Below, in pieces: positions 1 to 10,910 of a DNA stretch of 64,000 nt. How positions within the stretch are numbered: the first letter of the stretch is position 1; each line of letters begins with the position of its first letter. The notes beneath the pieces were generated by a model. It saw only the letters and a list, made by a program, of their open reading frames with translations. It did not search any database and was not told the origin of the DNA. The DNA lies in the NCBI GenBank assembly GCA_037382365.1, contig JARRPZ010000003.1, positions 99 through 64,098 on the forward strand, in the 5' to 3' direction. The translations under genes were made by a program, and so were the position numbers. Source of the stretch: Gammaproteobacteria bacterium. GTDB lineage: Bacteria; Pseudomonadota; Gammaproteobacteria; Steroidobacterales; Woeseiaceae.

Positions 1-2211
1 AGCGCCATATCGCCCGAAGATCTTCTGCGGCCGGAGAAAGCATTCCGCTACGAGGTCGTGGACGACGGTGAGTCGCTGCTGGTCCGGTGGACGGTGGAAC
101 CGGGCTATTACCTGTATCGCGAGAAGCTGGGCATCTCGACGAGCACGGCCGAGATACTGCTCGGGGAGCCGGTGCTGCCCGAAGGCGACATACACGAAGA
201 CGAGTATTTCGGGCGGCAGGAGATCTACCGCGGCGACTTCGACATGCGTGTGCCCTATGTGAACGAGGGCGCGCCGCAGGCGGTGCTGCTGCTGAAGTCC
301 CAGGGATGTGCCGATCTCGGCCTGTGCTATCCGCCGCAGCGCTGGGAGACGACGGTGGCGCTGGCGACCGGCAGCACGGCCGCGCCGTCCTCACCGGCTT
401 CGCCTCTCTCGCCGTTCGGTGCCCCGACCACGTCCCGGCTCGGCGGCGGCGAATTTCTGCCACCCGACGTCGCATTCCGCCCGGTGGTGACGGCCCTCGA
501 TGCCTACACGCTGGAGGTCGCCTGGCAGGTGGAGCCGGGCTACTACCTGTATCGGGACAAATTGACGGCTGCCGCCGATACGGACGGGGTGCGGCTCGGC
601 GCGCTCCGCACGCCACCCGGCGAGAAGAAATTCGACGAGTACTTCGGCGAGACCGAGGTGTACTACGAGGAGGTCATCGCCCGTGCTCCGCTCAGCCGAA
701 GCGCTGCCGGGCCAGCCGACCTGACGGTCACCCTCGGCTTCCAGGGCTGCGCCGAAGACGGCATCTGCTATCCGCCGCTGACCCGGGAAGTGAACGTCAC
801 GCTGCCCGCGGGCGCTATCAATGCCGCGCCGGGGACTGCGGACACGACCGGCATGCCGGTGTCCGAGCAGGATCGGCTGGCGGCGCTCATCGGCGAGGGC
901 AATCTGCTGGCCGTGCTGGCCACGTTCTTCGGCGCAGGACTACTGCTTTCACTGACACCCTGCGTCCTGCCGATGATCCCCATCCTCTCCGGCATCATCG
1001 CCGGCGAGGGTCGGGACGTGACGCCCGCGCGGGGCTTCACCCTGTCGCTGTCCTACGTACTCGGCATGGCGCTCACCTACACGATCGCAGGAGCGCTGTT
1101 CGCCGCGGCCGGCCAGCAGGTGCAGGCGATCTTCCAGCAGACATGGATACTCGTGACTTTCGCCGGCCTGTTCGTCGTCCTCGCGGCAGGCATGTTCGGC
1201 CTGTTCGACCTGCAGATGCCCTCCTCCGTGCAGACACGGATCGCCGCCATCAGCGGTCGCCAGCGGAGCGGCACGATGATCGGCGCGTTCGTGATGGGCG
1301 CGCTGTCGTCCCTGATCGTGACCGCCTGCGTGGCGCCGCCGCTGGTGGCGGCGCTCGCCGTGATCGGCCAGACGGGTGATGTCGTGCGGGGGGCCGCCGC
1401 CCTGTTCGCGCTGAGCCTGGGCATGGGTGCGCCGCTCCTGGCCGTCGGCGCCTCCGCCGGAAAGCTCATGGTGAAGGCAGGGCCCTGGATGGTCGCGATC
1501 AAGCATGCCTTCGGGTTCGTGATGCTGGGGCTGGCCATCTGGATGCTCGACCGGGTGCTGCCGGGACCGGTCACTCTCGCCCTCTGGGCCGTACTGATAT
1601 TCATCGCCGGCGTATTCCTGGGTGCGCTGACACCGCTGACGCCGGACTCCGGGGCCGCCCGGAAACTGGGCAAAGGCTTCGGCGCACTGGCGATGTTTTA
1701 CGGTGCGGTCCTGCTGCTCGGCGCCCTGGCCGGCGGCGAGGACCCCCTGCAGCCACTGCCCGGCGGCCGCGTCGCGTCCCTCGGCGGTGATGCGACCGGG
1801 ACCGCCCACGCGGAACTGGAATTCCGCCGCATAAAGACCGTAGCGGATCTCGAGCAGGCCGTGGCGCGGGCATCGGAACGTGGCCAGCCGGTCATGCTCG
1901 ATTTCTACGCGGACTGGTGCGTGTCCTGCAAGGAGATGGAGAAGTACACGTTTACCGATGCACGGGTCCGGGGCGAACTCGAGGACGTCGTGCTGCTGCA
2001 GGCGGACGTCACCGCCAACGACGAGCACGACCAGGCGCTTCTGAAGCACTTCCGGCTGTTCGGCCCGCCTTCCATCATCTTCTTCGGCCCGGACGGCCAA
2101 GAGCGCCGCGCCTATCAGGTGGTCGGGTTCATGCCGGCGGACGAATTCGCCGCCCATGCCGCCCGGGCCGTTGCAGCCGCTCCCTCGGCCGTCACCGCGC
2201 GCAGCGAGTGA
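1..2211 (+). CDS. dsbD: Thiol:disulfide interchange protein DsbD (5' end outside window), with two tandem N-terminal nDsbD-like domains
   Basis: Frame 1 is open from base 1 (SAISPEDLLRPEKAFRYEVV precedes the listed Met at 58). Two periplasmic modules each contain EPGYYLYR and end in a C-x5-C pair (GCADLGLCYPP, GCAEDGICYPP). A multi-pass membrane core carries CVLPMIP and CVAPPL. The C-terminal thioredoxin fold carries WCVSCK. Confidence 0.9.
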   Translation, partial: SAISPEDLLRPEKAFRYEVVDDGESLLVRWTVEPGYYLYREKLGISTSTAEILLGEPVLPEGDIHEDEYFGRQEIYRGDFDMRVPYVNEGAPQAVLLLKSQGCADLGLCYPPQRWETTVALATGSTAAPSSPASPLSPFGAPTTSRLGGGEFLPPDVAFRPVVTALDAYTLEVAWQVEPGYYLYRDKLTAAADTDGVRLGALRTPPGEKKFDEYFGETEVYYEEVIARAPLSRSAAGPADLTVTLGFQGCAEDGICYPPLTREVNVTLPAGAINAAPGTADTTGMPVSEQDRLAALIGEGNLLAVLATFFGAGLLLSLTPCVLPMIPILSGIIAGEGRDVTPARGFTLSLSYVLGMALTYTIAGALFAAAGQQVQAIFQQTWILVTFAGLFVVLAAGMFGLFDLQMPSSVQTRIAAISGRQRSGTMIGAFVMGALSSLIVTACVAPPLVAALAVIGQTGDVVRGAAALFALSLGMGAPLLAVGASAGKLMVKAGPWMVAIKHAFGFVMLGLAIWMLDRVLPGPVTLALWAVLIFIAGVFLGALTPLTPDSGAARKLGKGFGALAMFYGAVLLLGALAGGEDPLQPLPGGRVASLGGDATGTAHAELEFRRIKTVADLEQAVARASERGQPVMLDFYADWCVSCKEMEKYTFTDARVRGELEDVVLLQADVTANDEHDQALLKHFRLFGPPSIIFFGPDGQERRAYQVVGFMPADEFAAHAARAVAAAPSAVTARSE

Positions 2212-2221
2212 GATAGCCGCC

Positions 2222-2827
2222 GTGCCGCGCACCCTGCTCATCGTCGTACTCGCCGTCTCCGTCGCGGCCGGCATGGTGTTCTCACGCCTGCTGCTGCCGC
2301 CGGAACGCGCCCCCGACACCGCTCTCGCGGACGAGATGCGGGCGAGCGCGGCGCAGGCCACGGATGGCAGCATCCGGCTGCCGGACCTGGACGGGAACGA
2401 ACGCAGCCTCGACGACTGGGCGGGCAATGTCCGACTCGTGAACTTCTGGGCTACCTGGTGTGCTCCGTGCCGCCGCGAAATCCCGCTGCTGAAGGAGATC
2501 CAGGCCGCCCACGGCGACGCCGGGATACAGGTCATCGGGATCGCGGTGGACGACCTCGAGCCGGTCACCGGCTACGTGGCAGACATGGGATTCAACTACC
2601 CGGTGCTCGTCGGCCAGGAGGATGCGATCGCCGCCGCCGAGAGCTTCGGCATCGACTTCCTCGGCCTGCCGTTCACGCTGATCCTGAACCCGGAGGGCGA
2701 GCTGCTGAACGTCCATGTCGGCGAGTTCGACCGGGAGCAGGCAGCTGCCATGATCGAGGTGCTGCGCGGATACCTCGACGGCAGCCTGACTCCCGAACAG
2801 ACCCGTTCTGCCCTGGCCGATATCTGA
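2222..2827 (+). CDS. TlpA/ResA-like thioredoxin-fold thiol:disulfide oxidoreductase (membrane-anchored)
   Basis: The WCAPC active site sits in FWATWCAPCRREIPLL, and there is a hydrophobic N-terminal anchor (LLIVVLAVSVAAGMVF). I chose the GTG at 2222 because the track start at 2156 overlaps the dsbD 3' end. The start is uncertain. Confidence 0.8.
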   Translation: MPRTLLIVVLAVSVAAGMVFSRLLLPPERAPDTALADEMRASAAQATDGSIRLPDLDGNERSLDDWAGNVRLVNFWATWCAPCRREIPLLKEIQAAHGDAGIQVIGIAVDDLEPVTGYVADMGFNYPVLVGQEDAIAAAESFGIDFLGLPFTLILNPEGELLNVHVGEFDREQAAAMIEVLRGYLDGSLTPEQTRSALADI

Positions 2828-2934
2828 CCGACGGCGCCAGCGGCGCCCGGCGGCGGCGATTATTGTGCAATTCCCGGTTATGGGGGTTAAACTCGCCGCT
2901 AATTGCGGTGAACTGGCGGTGTATTGAGCGCATC

Positions 2935-3378
2935 ATGTCGCGACTGCTGCTCCTTAACGGACCCAATTTGAACCTGTTGGGAAAACGGGAGCCGACGGTC
3001 TACGGGGATGAGGGCCTCACCGCCGTGGAGAGTCGGTTGAAGACCCTCGCCCTCGATCTCGGGCACGACCTGGATTGCTACCAGCACAATGCGGAGCACG
3101 AGCTGGTGAGCCGCGTTCAGGCCTGCGGCAGTGACGGGACCAGTGCTCTCATCGTCAACCCCGGCGCCTACACCCACTCGAGCATCGCCCTGCGCGACGC
3201 ACTGCTCGGGATCGGTCGGCCGTTCGTCGAGGTGCATCTCTCCAATGTCTACGCCCGGGAAGGATTCCGCCACCGGAGTTTCTTCAGCGACGTGGCCGAG
3301 GGGACGATCGTCGGCCTCGGCGTCATCGGTTACGAACTGGCTCTGCTCGCCCTGCATCGCAGACTCGCGGACAACTGA
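2935..3378 (+). CDS. aroQ: 3-dehydroquinate dehydratase, type II
   Basis: [24 protein letters not shown] is the canonical AroQ N-terminus, and the length is about 147 aa. The ATG at 2935 lies inside the longer track ORF 2458..3378. Confidence 0.95.
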   Translation: MSRLLLLNGPNLNLLGKREPTVYGDEGLTAVESRLKTLALDLGHDLDCYQHNAEHELVSRVQACGSDGTSALIVNPGAYTHSSIALRDALLGIGRPFVEVHLSNVYAREGFRHRSFFSDVAEGTIVGLGVIGYELALLALHRRLADN

Positions 3379-3392
3379 CGGAAGGCAAGCGT

Positions 3393-3896
3393 ATGGATAT
3401 AAGAAAGGTCAAGAAGCTGATCGAGCTGCTGGATGAGTCCGGTATCGCCGAAATCGAGATCACCGAGGGCGAGGAAGCCCTGCGCATCAGCCGTTACCCG
3501 GCCAACATGATGGTGGCGCCGCCCGTCGGCCAGTTCGCATACGGTGGTGCGCCGGCTGCGCCCCCACCAGATCCGGCAGCGGCGCCCGAGTCCCGCCCGT
3601 CCGGCGAGGACGGCGCCGCGGCCCAGGCCCGCGAAGCCGAGGACGAGGGCCACGTCGTGACCTCGCCCATGGTGGGCACGTTCTATGCGGCCCCGGCACC
3701 CGGGGCCAGCCCGTTCGTGCAGATCGGCGACCGGGTGAAAGCGGGCGACACCCTGTGCATCGTCGAGGCGATGAAGATGATGAACCCCATCGAGGCGGAC
3801 GTGGACGGCGTGATCAAATCGATCCGGGTCCAGAACGGCGAACCGGTCGAGTACGGGCAGGTGCTGTTCGTACTCGACCAGCGTGCCGGCGGGTGA
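3393..3896 (+). CDS. accB: Acetyl-CoA carboxylase biotin carboxyl carrier protein
   Basis: It has an Ala/Pro-rich linker and the biotinylation motif EAMKMMN, and it lies immediately upstream of accC. Confidence 0.95.
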   Translation: MDIRKVKKLIELLDESGIAEIEITEGEEALRISRYPANMMVAPPVGQFAYGGAPAAPPPDPAAAPESRPSGEDGAAAQAREAEDEGHVVTSPMVGTFYAAPAPGASPFVQIGDRVKAGDTLCIVEAMKMMNPIEADVDGVIKSIRVQNGEPVEYGQVLFVLDQRAGG

Positions 3897-3916
3897 GGAA
3901 GGGACCGGGCGCCGCC

Positions 3917-5257
3917 ATGCTTGAGAAAGTCGTCATCGCCAACCGCGGCGAGATCGCCCTGCGCATCCTGCGGGCCTGCCGGGAGATGGGCATCAAGACG
4001 GTCGCCGTGCATTCCACGGCCGATAGCAACCTGAAGCACGTGCTGCTGGCCGACGAGACCGTGTGTATCGGTCCTCCCCCCTCGACGGAGAGCTACCTGG
4101 ACATGCCGGCTATCATCAGCGCCGCGGAGGTCACGGACTCGGTGGCGGTACATCCGGGCTACGGCTTCCTATCGGAGAACGCGGATTTCGCCGAGCGCGT
4201 CGAGCAGAGCGGCTTCATCTTCGTCGGGCCGAAAGCAGAGAGTATCCGGCTGATGGGGGACAAGGTCTCCGCCATCCGGGCCATGAAGGAGGCCGGCGTG
4301 CCCTGCGTCCCGGGCTCGGACGGACCGCTGGGCGAGGACGGCGACGAGAATCTGCGCCTCGCCCGGGATATCGGCTACCCGGTCATCATCAAAGCTGCCG
4401 GCGGCGGTGGTGGTCGCGGCATGCGGGTCGTCCACAGTGAAGCCTCGCTGCTCGGTGCCGTCAACGTCACGCGGGCGGAGGCCAAGGCGGCCTTCGGCAA
4501 CGACCAGGTCTACATGGAGAAATTCCTCGAGCGGCCCCGGCACATCGAGTTCCAGGTGCTGGCGGACGGCCACGGCAATGCCGTCCACCTCGGAGAGCGG
4601 GACTGCTCGATGCAGCGCCGCCACCAGAAGGTGATCGAGGAAGCACCAGCCCCGGGGATCGGCGACGAGGAGCGCGAGCGCGTGGGCTCGCGCTGTGTAC
4701 AGGCCTGCCAGGAGATCGGCTACCGCAACGCGGGCACCTTCGAGTTCCTCTATCAGGACGGCGAATTCTATTTCATCGAGATGAACACCCGTCTGCAGGT
4801 CGAACACCCGGTCACGGAGATGGTCACCGGCATCGACATCGTCAAGGAGCAGCTGCGGATCGCTGCCGGCGAGAAGCTGCGTTTCACCCAGTCGGACATC
4901 CGCGTGACGGGCCACGCCATAGAGTGCCGCATCAACGCGGAGGATCCGAAGACCTTCATGCCTTCGCCGGGCCTGGTGCAGCTCTGGCACGCGCCCGGGG
5001 GGCCCGGCATCCGCGTGGACAGCCACCTCTACAGCGGTTACCGGGTCCCGCCCTATTACGACTCGATGATCGGCAAGGTCATCGCCTACGGCGAGAACCG
5101 GGACTCGGCCATCGCCCGGATGGGTATCGCACTGTCGGAGATCGTGGTGGAGGGCATAAAGACGAACGTGCCCCTGCACCAGGAGATCATGAATCACCAG
5201 GCTTTCAAGACCGGCGGTACCAATATCCACTACCTGGAGAAACGCCTGGGTCTGTGA
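3917..5257 (+). CDS. accC: Acetyl-CoA carboxylase biotin carboxylase subunit
   Basis: [33 protein letters not shown], then an ATP-grasp region ([10 protein letters not shown]), match AccC throughout. The ATG at 3917 lies inside track ORF 3755..5257. Confidence 0.97.
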   Translation: MLEKVVIANRGEIALRILRACREMGIKTVAVHSTADSNLKHVLLADETVCIGPPPSTESYLDMPAIISAAEVTDSVAVHPGYGFLSENADFAERVEQSGFIFVGPKAESIRLMGDKVSAIRAMKEAGVPCVPGSDGPLGEDGDENLRLARDIGYPVIIKAAGGGGGRGMRVVHSEASLLGAVNVTRAEAKAAFGNDQVYMEKFLERPRHIEFQVLADGHGNAVHLGERDCSMQRRHQKVIEEAPAPGIGDEERERVGSRCVQACQEIGYRNAGTFEFLYQDGEFYFIEMNTRLQVEHPVTEMVTGIDIVKEQLRIAAGEKLRFTQSDIRVTGHAIECRINAEDPKTFMPSPGLVQLWHAPGGPGIRVDSHLYSGYRVPPYYDSMIGKVIAYGENRDSAIARMGIALSEIVVEGIKTNVPLHQEIMNHQAFKTGGTNIHYLEKRLGL

Positions 5258-5272
5258 GCCGGCGTCGGCAGG

Positions 5273-6157
5273 ATGTCGTGGCGACAGTTCAGCATGGAGC
5301 TCGCCGGGCTCGAATCGGGCAGGGTCGAGCAGGCGCTGATGTCCCTCGGCGCGCAGGCCGTCACCTACACTGACGCGGCGGATACGCCGGTGCTGGAGCC
5401 GGTCCGGGGGGAGACGCCGCTGTGGCCGTCCACCCGGGTGAGCGCTCTTTTTCCGGGCGAACTGGACGCCGCGGAAATCGCCGAGGCATTGCGTCATGCC
5501 CTCGCGCTCGACGCTCTGCCCCCCTGGCACATCGAGACACTCGAAGACCGCGCCTGGGAACGGGAATGGCTGAAGGACTTCCGGGCCATGCGCTTCGGGC
5601 AAAATCTATGGGTTTGTCCCACCGGTTACCAGGTGGAGGAGCCGGGCGCCGTCGTCATCCATCTCGACCCCGGTCTGGCATTCGGGACCGGCACCCACGC
5701 CACGACCGCGCTCTGCCTGGACTGGCTCGATGGCAGCTGGATGGAGGGTCGCCGTGTCCTCGATTACGGCTGCGGTTCCGGCATCCTCGCGGTGGCCGCG
5801 CTGCTGCTCGGCGCCGAGGAGGCCGTCGCCACTGACATAGACCCCCAGGCCCTGGACGCGTCCCGGGCGAACGCAGCCCGCAACGGGGTGAGCGACCGGC
5901 TGACCACACTCCAGCCCGCCGAGCTCGACGACGGACGATACGACGTCGTGCTCGCCAACATCCTCGCCACGCCCCTGATCGGACTGGCGCCGGATCTGGC
6001 GATGCGGACCCGTAGCGGCGGCGAAATCGTCTTATCGGGTATCCTGACCGGTCAGGAGAGCGAGATCCGGACCGCCTACGAACCCTGGTTCGACCTCGGC
6101 CCCGCCGCCACGCGCGACGACTGGATACTGATCAGCGGCCGACGCCGAGTAGACTGA
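5273..6157 (+). CDS. prmA: Ribosomal protein L11 methyltransferase
   Basis: The product is colinear with E. coli PrmA ([24 protein letters not shown] motif [10 protein letters not shown]). Confidence 0.93.
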   Translation: MSWRQFSMELAGLESGRVEQALMSLGAQAVTYTDAADTPVLEPVRGETPLWPSTRVSALFPGELDAAEIAEALRHALALDALPPWHIETLEDRAWEREWLKDFRAMRFGQNLWVCPTGYQVEEPGAVVIHLDPGLAFGTGTHATTALCLDWLDGSWMEGRRVLDYGCGSGILAVAALLLGAEEAVATDIDPQALDASRANAARNGVSDRLTTLQPAELDDGRYDVVLANILATPLIGLAPDLAMRTRSGGEIVLSGILTGQESEIRTAYEPWFDLGPAATRDDWILISGRRRVD

Positions 6158-6162
6158 AGACC

Positions 6163-7950
6163 GTGTACACCCAATGCGCTCATTGCCGGACGGCGTTCGA
6201 GATCGGGGCCGAAGACCTGAGGCGTGCGCATGGCCGTGTCCGTTGTGGGCAGTGCGGCAAGGAATTCGACGCGCTGGAAACACTGACGCCGGAACCGCCA
6301 CGGGCGTCGGACCGGGACGAGTATCCCTTCCCGGGACCTCGATCTGACCCGGGACCTCAATCTGAATTGGCCGGCCCCCGGCAGGACGATGCGCACATAC
6401 CGCAACTGGAAGCGGAAGAACCGGCCCCCGACTCTGCGGCGGCGGTTTCGTCCCCGGACGATACCGGAACGGCAACGGACTCCCGGACCCCGGGCGAACC
6501 GCAGCGCTTCGATGACGATACCCCTCTCGAACTCGTGCTGGCCTCGTTAGGCGGCGAGTCACCCGCGGAGAGGGAACACCAGGCGCAGCCCCCGGCCGAC
6601 GACGCCGCGACCGCAGCCGGGATCCCGGAGGAAGTACCGAGCGCGGTCGCACCGGAAGAGACCGACCTGGACGACGAGGACGAGTGGCGTGCCCTGCTCA
6701 CGGAACTGGGTCTGGACGATTCGATACTCGGTGGCGCCCTCGAATCGCTGCAGCCGTCACCGGAGGAGGAATCGGAGGAGGAAACGGAGGAGCAACCGGA
6801 AGTCGAGACGGAAGACGGGTACGAGTACGTCTACGTCTACGAGTACGAAGACGAGGGCGACGACTCAGCCGATTACGACGATGCGGACGTCGACGGTGAG
6901 GAAGAGGACGACGACGAGGGCTACTGGCTTACGGAGCACGAAGACGAAGGCGAAGAGCCCTTCGGAGCCGCGCATGAGGACGCGAAGGACGCCGAGGAAT
7001 CGTCCCGGCCCGCTGGCGAGGAGGCGGCCGGAGAGGGAACCGGGCCTGGTCTCGCCGCCGAAGCGTCGCCGCAATCCGAGCCGGAACCGGAACCCGAGCC
7101 GGAACCGGAACCCGAAGCCGAGCCGGAACCCGAAGCCGAGCCGGAACCCGAACCGGAACCCGAGGCCGAGCCGGAACCCGAGTCGGAATCGGAAGCCGAG
7201 CCGGAACCGGAGCTCGAACCCGGGCACGAGCTGGAAGCGGAGCCGGAGCAAGGAGCGGAGCCGGACCAGGTGGCCGTCGCGGCAATCCCCGTGGCAGCAT
7301 CCGAGGCCGGCGCGTCCCGGGACCGGCGACCATCGGTGGAGCCCTTCGTGGGACCTCCGGATTACCGGGAACCGCCACCGGTCACATCGGTGCATGCAGA
7401 GGAGCAAGTGCCCGAGGAACAACGCCTGCCGCACCGCTCCAGCGCGAGAGCCGCGATGTGGCCGACGCTCGCCGGCCTGCTGGTCCTGCTTCTGGGCGCC
7501 CAGGTCATCAACGGACAGCGGGCGGTCATTGCCACCCATCCCGGTATCGGCCCGGCTGTCCTCGGGGTCTACGAAGCGTTCGGCGTTCGGGTACGGCCCT
7601 ATTGGGATATCGACGCACTCTGTGTGGAGTCGTCCAGCGGTGACGCGGCAGCCGGTGCCCTGGAGATCACGACCGTCATCCGCAATCGGGGCGACCGGCC
7701 ACAACCTTACCCGCTCCTGCACGTCGCCGTCACCGATCGCTGGCAGGGCGCGATCGGCCGCCTGACCCTGGCGGCGGAAGACTACCTGCCCGCCGGGCGG
7801 AGGAGCGGGGAGGCGATGATGGAACCGGGCGCACGGATTCGGGCCGGCGCCAGTCTCTCGGATCCGGGCAACGAGGCCGCGGGCTATGAACTGCACGCCT
7901 GTTACCGGGACACCGACGGAGGCCTGCGCTGTTCCGGCGCCTGCCGCTGA
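6163..7950 (+). CDS. Zinc-ribbon (MJ0042-type) / DUF3426 family membrane protein with a very long acidic low-complexity linker
   Basis: The N-terminus has CxxC...CxxC (CAHCRTAF...RCGQCGKEF). About 350 aa of Asp/Glu/Pro-rich linker follow, then one TM helix ([17 protein letters not shown]) and a C-terminal globular domain. It occupies the same prmA-dusB position as the Pseudomonas DUF3426 gene. GTG start. Confidence 0.75.
   Translation: MYTQCAHCRTAFEIGAEDLRRAHGRVRCGQCGKEFDALETLTPEPPRASDRDEYPFPGPRSDPGPQSELAGPRQDDAHIPQLEAEEPAPDSAAAVSSPDDTGTATDSRTPGEPQRFDDDTPLELVLASLGGESPAEREHQAQPPADDAATAAGIPEEVPSAVAPEETDLDDEDEWRALLTELGLDDSILGGALESLQPSPEEESEEETEEQPEVETEDGYEYVYVYEYEDEGDDSADYDDADVDGEEEDDDEGYWLTEHEDEGEEPFGAAHEDAKDAEESSRPAGEEAAGEGTGPGLAAEASPQSEPEPEPEPEPEPEAEPEPEAEPEPEPEPEAEPEPESESEAEPEPELEPGHELEAEPEQGAEPDQVAVAAIPVAASEAGASRDRRPSVEPFVGPPDYREPPPVTSVHAEEQVPEEQRLPHRSSARAAMWPTLAGLLVLLLGAQVINGQRAVIATHPGIGPAVLGVYEAFGVRVRPYWDIDALCVESSSGDAAAGALEITTVIRNRGDRPQPYPLLHVAVTDRWQGAIGRLTLAAEDYLPAGRRSGEAMMEPGARIRAGASLSDPGNEAAGYELHACYRDTDGGLRCSGACR
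7075..7270. repeat. In-frame tandem GAGCCGGAACC(G/C)-type repeats encoding (E/A)PEPE runs inside the DUF3426 gene
   Basis: Direct reading shows gagccggaaccggaacccgagccggaaccggaacccgaagccgagccggaacccgaagcc and so on, translating to [47 protein letters not shown]. Confidence 0.85.
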
Positions 7951-7956
7951 TCCACG

Positions 7957-8943
7957 ATGCGTATCGGCGACATCAGTGTCGAGTCCCCGGTCCTGCTCGC
8001 CCCGATGGCGGGGACGACCGATCTGCCGTTTCGGCGTCTGGCCCGGCACTATGGCGCGGGCCTGGCTGCTACCGAGATGACGACGGCGGATACCTCGTTG
8101 TGGCGATCGGAGAAGTCTCGCTACCGGCTGCGGCTCGAAGGTGACCCCAGGCCGCGGACCGTGCAGATCGCGGGCAGCGATCCGCTGGCAATGGCGGCGG
8201 CGGCGCAGGCCGCCGTGGAGGCCGGTGCCGATATCGTCGACATCAACATGGGCTGCCCGGCAAAGAAGGTCTGCCGGAAACTCGCCGGCTCCGCCTTGCT
8301 GCGCGACGAGAACCAGGTAGCAGCGATACTCTCCGCGGTGGTCGGCTCGGTCGGTGTCCCGGTGACGCTGAAGACCCGCACCGGCTGGGATCCGGACAAT
8401 CGCAACGGCGTGCGCATAGCGCGTCTCGCTGAAGACTGCGGCGTGCAGGCACTGGCGATCCACGGTCGCACCCGGGCATGCCGATTCGCGGGAAGCGCGG
8501 AATACGAGACTATCGCGCGCATCGTCGAGGCCGTCTCCATACCCGTTATCGCCAACGGCGACATCGACGGACCTGAAAAGGCACTTGAAGTTCTGCGTCT
8601 AACCGGTGCCGCTGCGGTGATGATCGGTCGCGCCGCCCAGGGCCGACCCTGGATATTCCGTGACGTCCTCGGTCTGCTGCGCGACGGGCGACACGCACGT
8701 CCGCTCGACGGCAACGAGCTACGTGATATCATCGTTGCCCACCTCGAGGATATGCACCGCTTCTACGGAGACGAGCGCGGCGTCCGGGTGGCTCGCAAAC
8801 ATCTGTCATGGTATTGCCGTTATCTCCGCGATGCGGACGCTTACCGTCAGCAGGTGCTGCGCGTGGAAAGCGCCCGGGAGCAGGTGCTTCTGACCGAGTG
8901 CTACTTCGGCGATTCGGCGCGGGATGGGGTCCTCGCCGCCTGA
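7957..8943 (+). CDS. dusB: tRNA-dihydrouridine synthase B
   Basis: It shows the Dus family pattern (LAPMAGTTDLPFRRL, DINMGCPAKKV, IANGDI) and lies directly upstream of fis as in E. coli and Pseudomonas. Confidence 0.93.
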   Translation: MRIGDISVESPVLLAPMAGTTDLPFRRLARHYGAGLAATEMTTADTSLWRSEKSRYRLRLEGDPRPRTVQIAGSDPLAMAAAAQAAVEAGADIVDINMGCPAKKVCRKLAGSALLRDENQVAAILSAVVGSVGVPVTLKTRTGWDPDNRNGVRIARLAEDCGVQALAIHGRTRACRFAGSAEYETIARIVEAVSIPVIANGDIDGPEKALEVLRLTGAAAVMIGRAAQGRPWIFRDVLGLLRDGRHARPLDGNELRDIIVAHLEDMHRFYGDERGVRVARKHLSWYCRYLRDADAYRQQVLRVESAREQVLLTECYFGDSARDGVLAA

Positions 8944-9022
8944 ACACACTGCCGGCTTACAGAGTCCAACTGATTGTGGCGCCCCCCAGCTGCCGCAATG
9001 ACGTGCGCGGAAAATAATCGAC

Positions 9023-9301
9023 GTGGCCAAATCCAGTCCAAAGAAGAGACGCCAGCCGAAGCTGGGTAATGAAAAATCGTTGAGCGATCACACCGAAGAA
9101 GCCCTCGAACAGTACTTCCGGAGCCTGAACGGACACCGGCCCGGCGATCTCTACGAGCTCGTGATGAGCGAGGTCGAAAGGCCGCTGTTCAGGACGGTCC
9201 TCGAATACACGGGCGGTAATCAGAGCGAAGCGGCCGTCATCCTCGGGATCAACCGGGGCACGCTGCGGAAGAAGCTCAAGGCGTACTCGCTGCTGCACTG
9301 A
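9023..9301 (+). CDS. fis: DNA-binding protein Fis
   Basis: The C-terminal HTH ([24 protein letters not shown]) and the preceding [14 protein letters not shown] are Fis-like. It follows dusB. GTG start. Confidence 0.85.
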   Translation: MAKSSPKKRRQPKLGNEKSLSDHTEEALEQYFRSLNGHRPGDLYELVMSEVERPLFRTVLEYTGGNQSEAAVILGINRGTLRKKLKAYSLLH

Positions 9302-9347
9302 CCACGACCACGCAGTAGCAGATTCCAGACCCCGGGGAACCGAACCG

Positions 9348-10895
9348 ATGACGCGAGCCCGCCGCGCGCTGATCAGTGTTTCCGACAAGACCGGCGCGGT
9401 GGCGCTGGCAGAGGGCCTCGCCGACGCGGGCTTCTCACTGCTCTCCACCGGCGGCACGGCGAAGACGCTGCGCGACGCCGGGCTGGACGTGACCGACGTC
9501 TCCTCGCATACCGGATTCCCGGAGATCATGGACGGTCGCGTCAAGACGCTGCATCCCCGCATCCACGGCGGTCTCCTGGGCCGGCGGGATGTCGATAGTG
9601 CCGCGATGGAAGAACACGGTATCGACGCCATCGACGTCCTGGCCGTCAATCTCTATCCGTTCGAAGAGACGGTGAGCGAACCGGAAGCGAGCCTCGCCGA
9701 CGCCGTCGAGAACATCGATATCGGCGGGCCGGCAATGATACGGGCGGCGGCGAAGAACCACCGCGACGTGCTGGTCCTGGTCGACCCGGCCGACTACGAG
9801 GCGGTGCTTGCCGCGTTGCGCGACGGCAACGTGGACGAGGAGCTGCGTCTCCGGCTGGCGGCGAAAGCCTTTACCCACACCGCGAGCTACGATGCGGCGA
9901 TATCGGCCTGGCTGAGCGATGCGGCGGGGATGAGCCGCCTGGGGAGCCGCTTCGCGGCCGGCGGTCGACTCGTACATGCGTTGCGCTACGGGGAGAACCC
10001 GCACCAGGAGGCAGCCTTCTATGCCGGGGCCGGCGACCTCCGGGGCACCCTTGCAGGCGCACGGCAGATCCAGGGCAAGGAACTCTCCTACAACAACATC
10101 GCCGATGCCGACGCCGCACTCGAATGCGTCCGACAGTTCGAGGGACCTGCCTGCGTGATCGTGAAACATGCGAATCCCTGCGGCGTCGCCGTTGCCGGCA
10201 GGCAGCTCGATGCCTACGAAAAGGCCTACGCCACCGATCCCGTTTCCGCCTTCGGCGGCATCATCGCCTTCAACACCCCACTGGAGGCGCGAGTGGCGCG
10301 GGAGATCGTCGAGCGCCAGTTCGTCGAAGTCATCGTGGCACCGGAACTGGGGGAAGGTGCCGCCGACGCGGTGGCGGAGAAGAAGAATGTGCGATTGCTG
10401 GTCATCGGCGAGACAGCCGACCTGCGTCCGGGCATCGAACTCAAGAGCGTCTCCGGCGGGTTGCTGGTGCAGCAGCGGGACGAGGGCCGGATCGGGGAAG
10501 CCGACCTGCGGGTGGTGACCCGGCGCGAACCCGGCGACGAGGAAATCGAGGATCTCCTCTTCGCCTGGCGTGTCGCGAAGTACGTCAAGTCGAACGCCAT
10601 CGTCTTCGCCCGTGGCGGAACGACCGTCGGCATCGGCGCCGGACAGATGAGTCGGGTCTATTCGACCCGCATCGCCGCTATCAAGGCAGCCGACGCCGGG
10701 CTCACGGTACGCGGCGCGGCCATGGCATCGGATGCGTTCTTCCCATTCCGCGACGGCATCGACTCCGCCGCCGAGCACGGCGTGGCCGCGGTCATACAGC
10801 CCGGCGGCTCCGTGCGCGACGAAGAGGTGATCGCCGCCGCCGACGAGCACGATATCGCGATGGTATTCACCGGCATGCGCCATTTCCGCCACTGA
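9348..10895 (+). CDS. purH: Bifunctional AICAR transformylase / IMP cyclohydrolase
   Basis: [20 protein letters not shown] and the C-terminal FTGMRHFRH are hallmark PurH segments. Confidence 0.97.
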   Translation: MTRARRALISVSDKTGAVALAEGLADAGFSLLSTGGTAKTLRDAGLDVTDVSSHTGFPEIMDGRVKTLHPRIHGGLLGRRDVDSAAMEEHGIDAIDVLAVNLYPFEETVSEPEASLADAVENIDIGGPAMIRAAAKNHRDVLVLVDPADYEAVLAALRDGNVDEELRLRLAAKAFTHTASYDAAISAWLSDAAGMSRLGSRFAAGGRLVHALRYGENPHQEAAFYAGAGDLRGTLAGARQIQGKELSYNNIADADAALECVRQFEGPACVIVKHANPCGVAVAGRQLDAYEKAYATDPVSAFGGIIAFNTPLEARVAREIVERQFVEVIVAPELGEGAADAVAEKKNVRLLVIGETADLRPGIELKSVSGGLLVQQRDEGRIGEADLRVVTRREPGDEEIEDLLFAWRVAKYVKSNAIVFARGGTTVGIGAGQMSRVYSTRIAAIKAADAGLTVRGAAMASDAFFPFRDGIDSAAEHGVAAVIQPGGSVRDEEVIAAADEHDIAMVFTGMRHFRH

Positions 10896-10910
10896 CGAGG
10901 GAGGAAACGC

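Noticed and set aside
7075-7270. Short tandem repeats considered as a possible CRISPR or minisatellite locus.
   Set aside because: The repeat period is 6-18 nt with no unique spacers. The array is fully in frame within a coding region and encodes a Glu-Pro tract.
949-8463. The minus-strand ORFs 949..2568 (539 aa), 4169..5602 (477 aa) and 6865..8463 (532 aa).
   Set aside because: They are antisense to dsbD/tlpA, accC/prmA and DUF3426/dusB respectively. No motifs are present, and they are high-GC artefacts.
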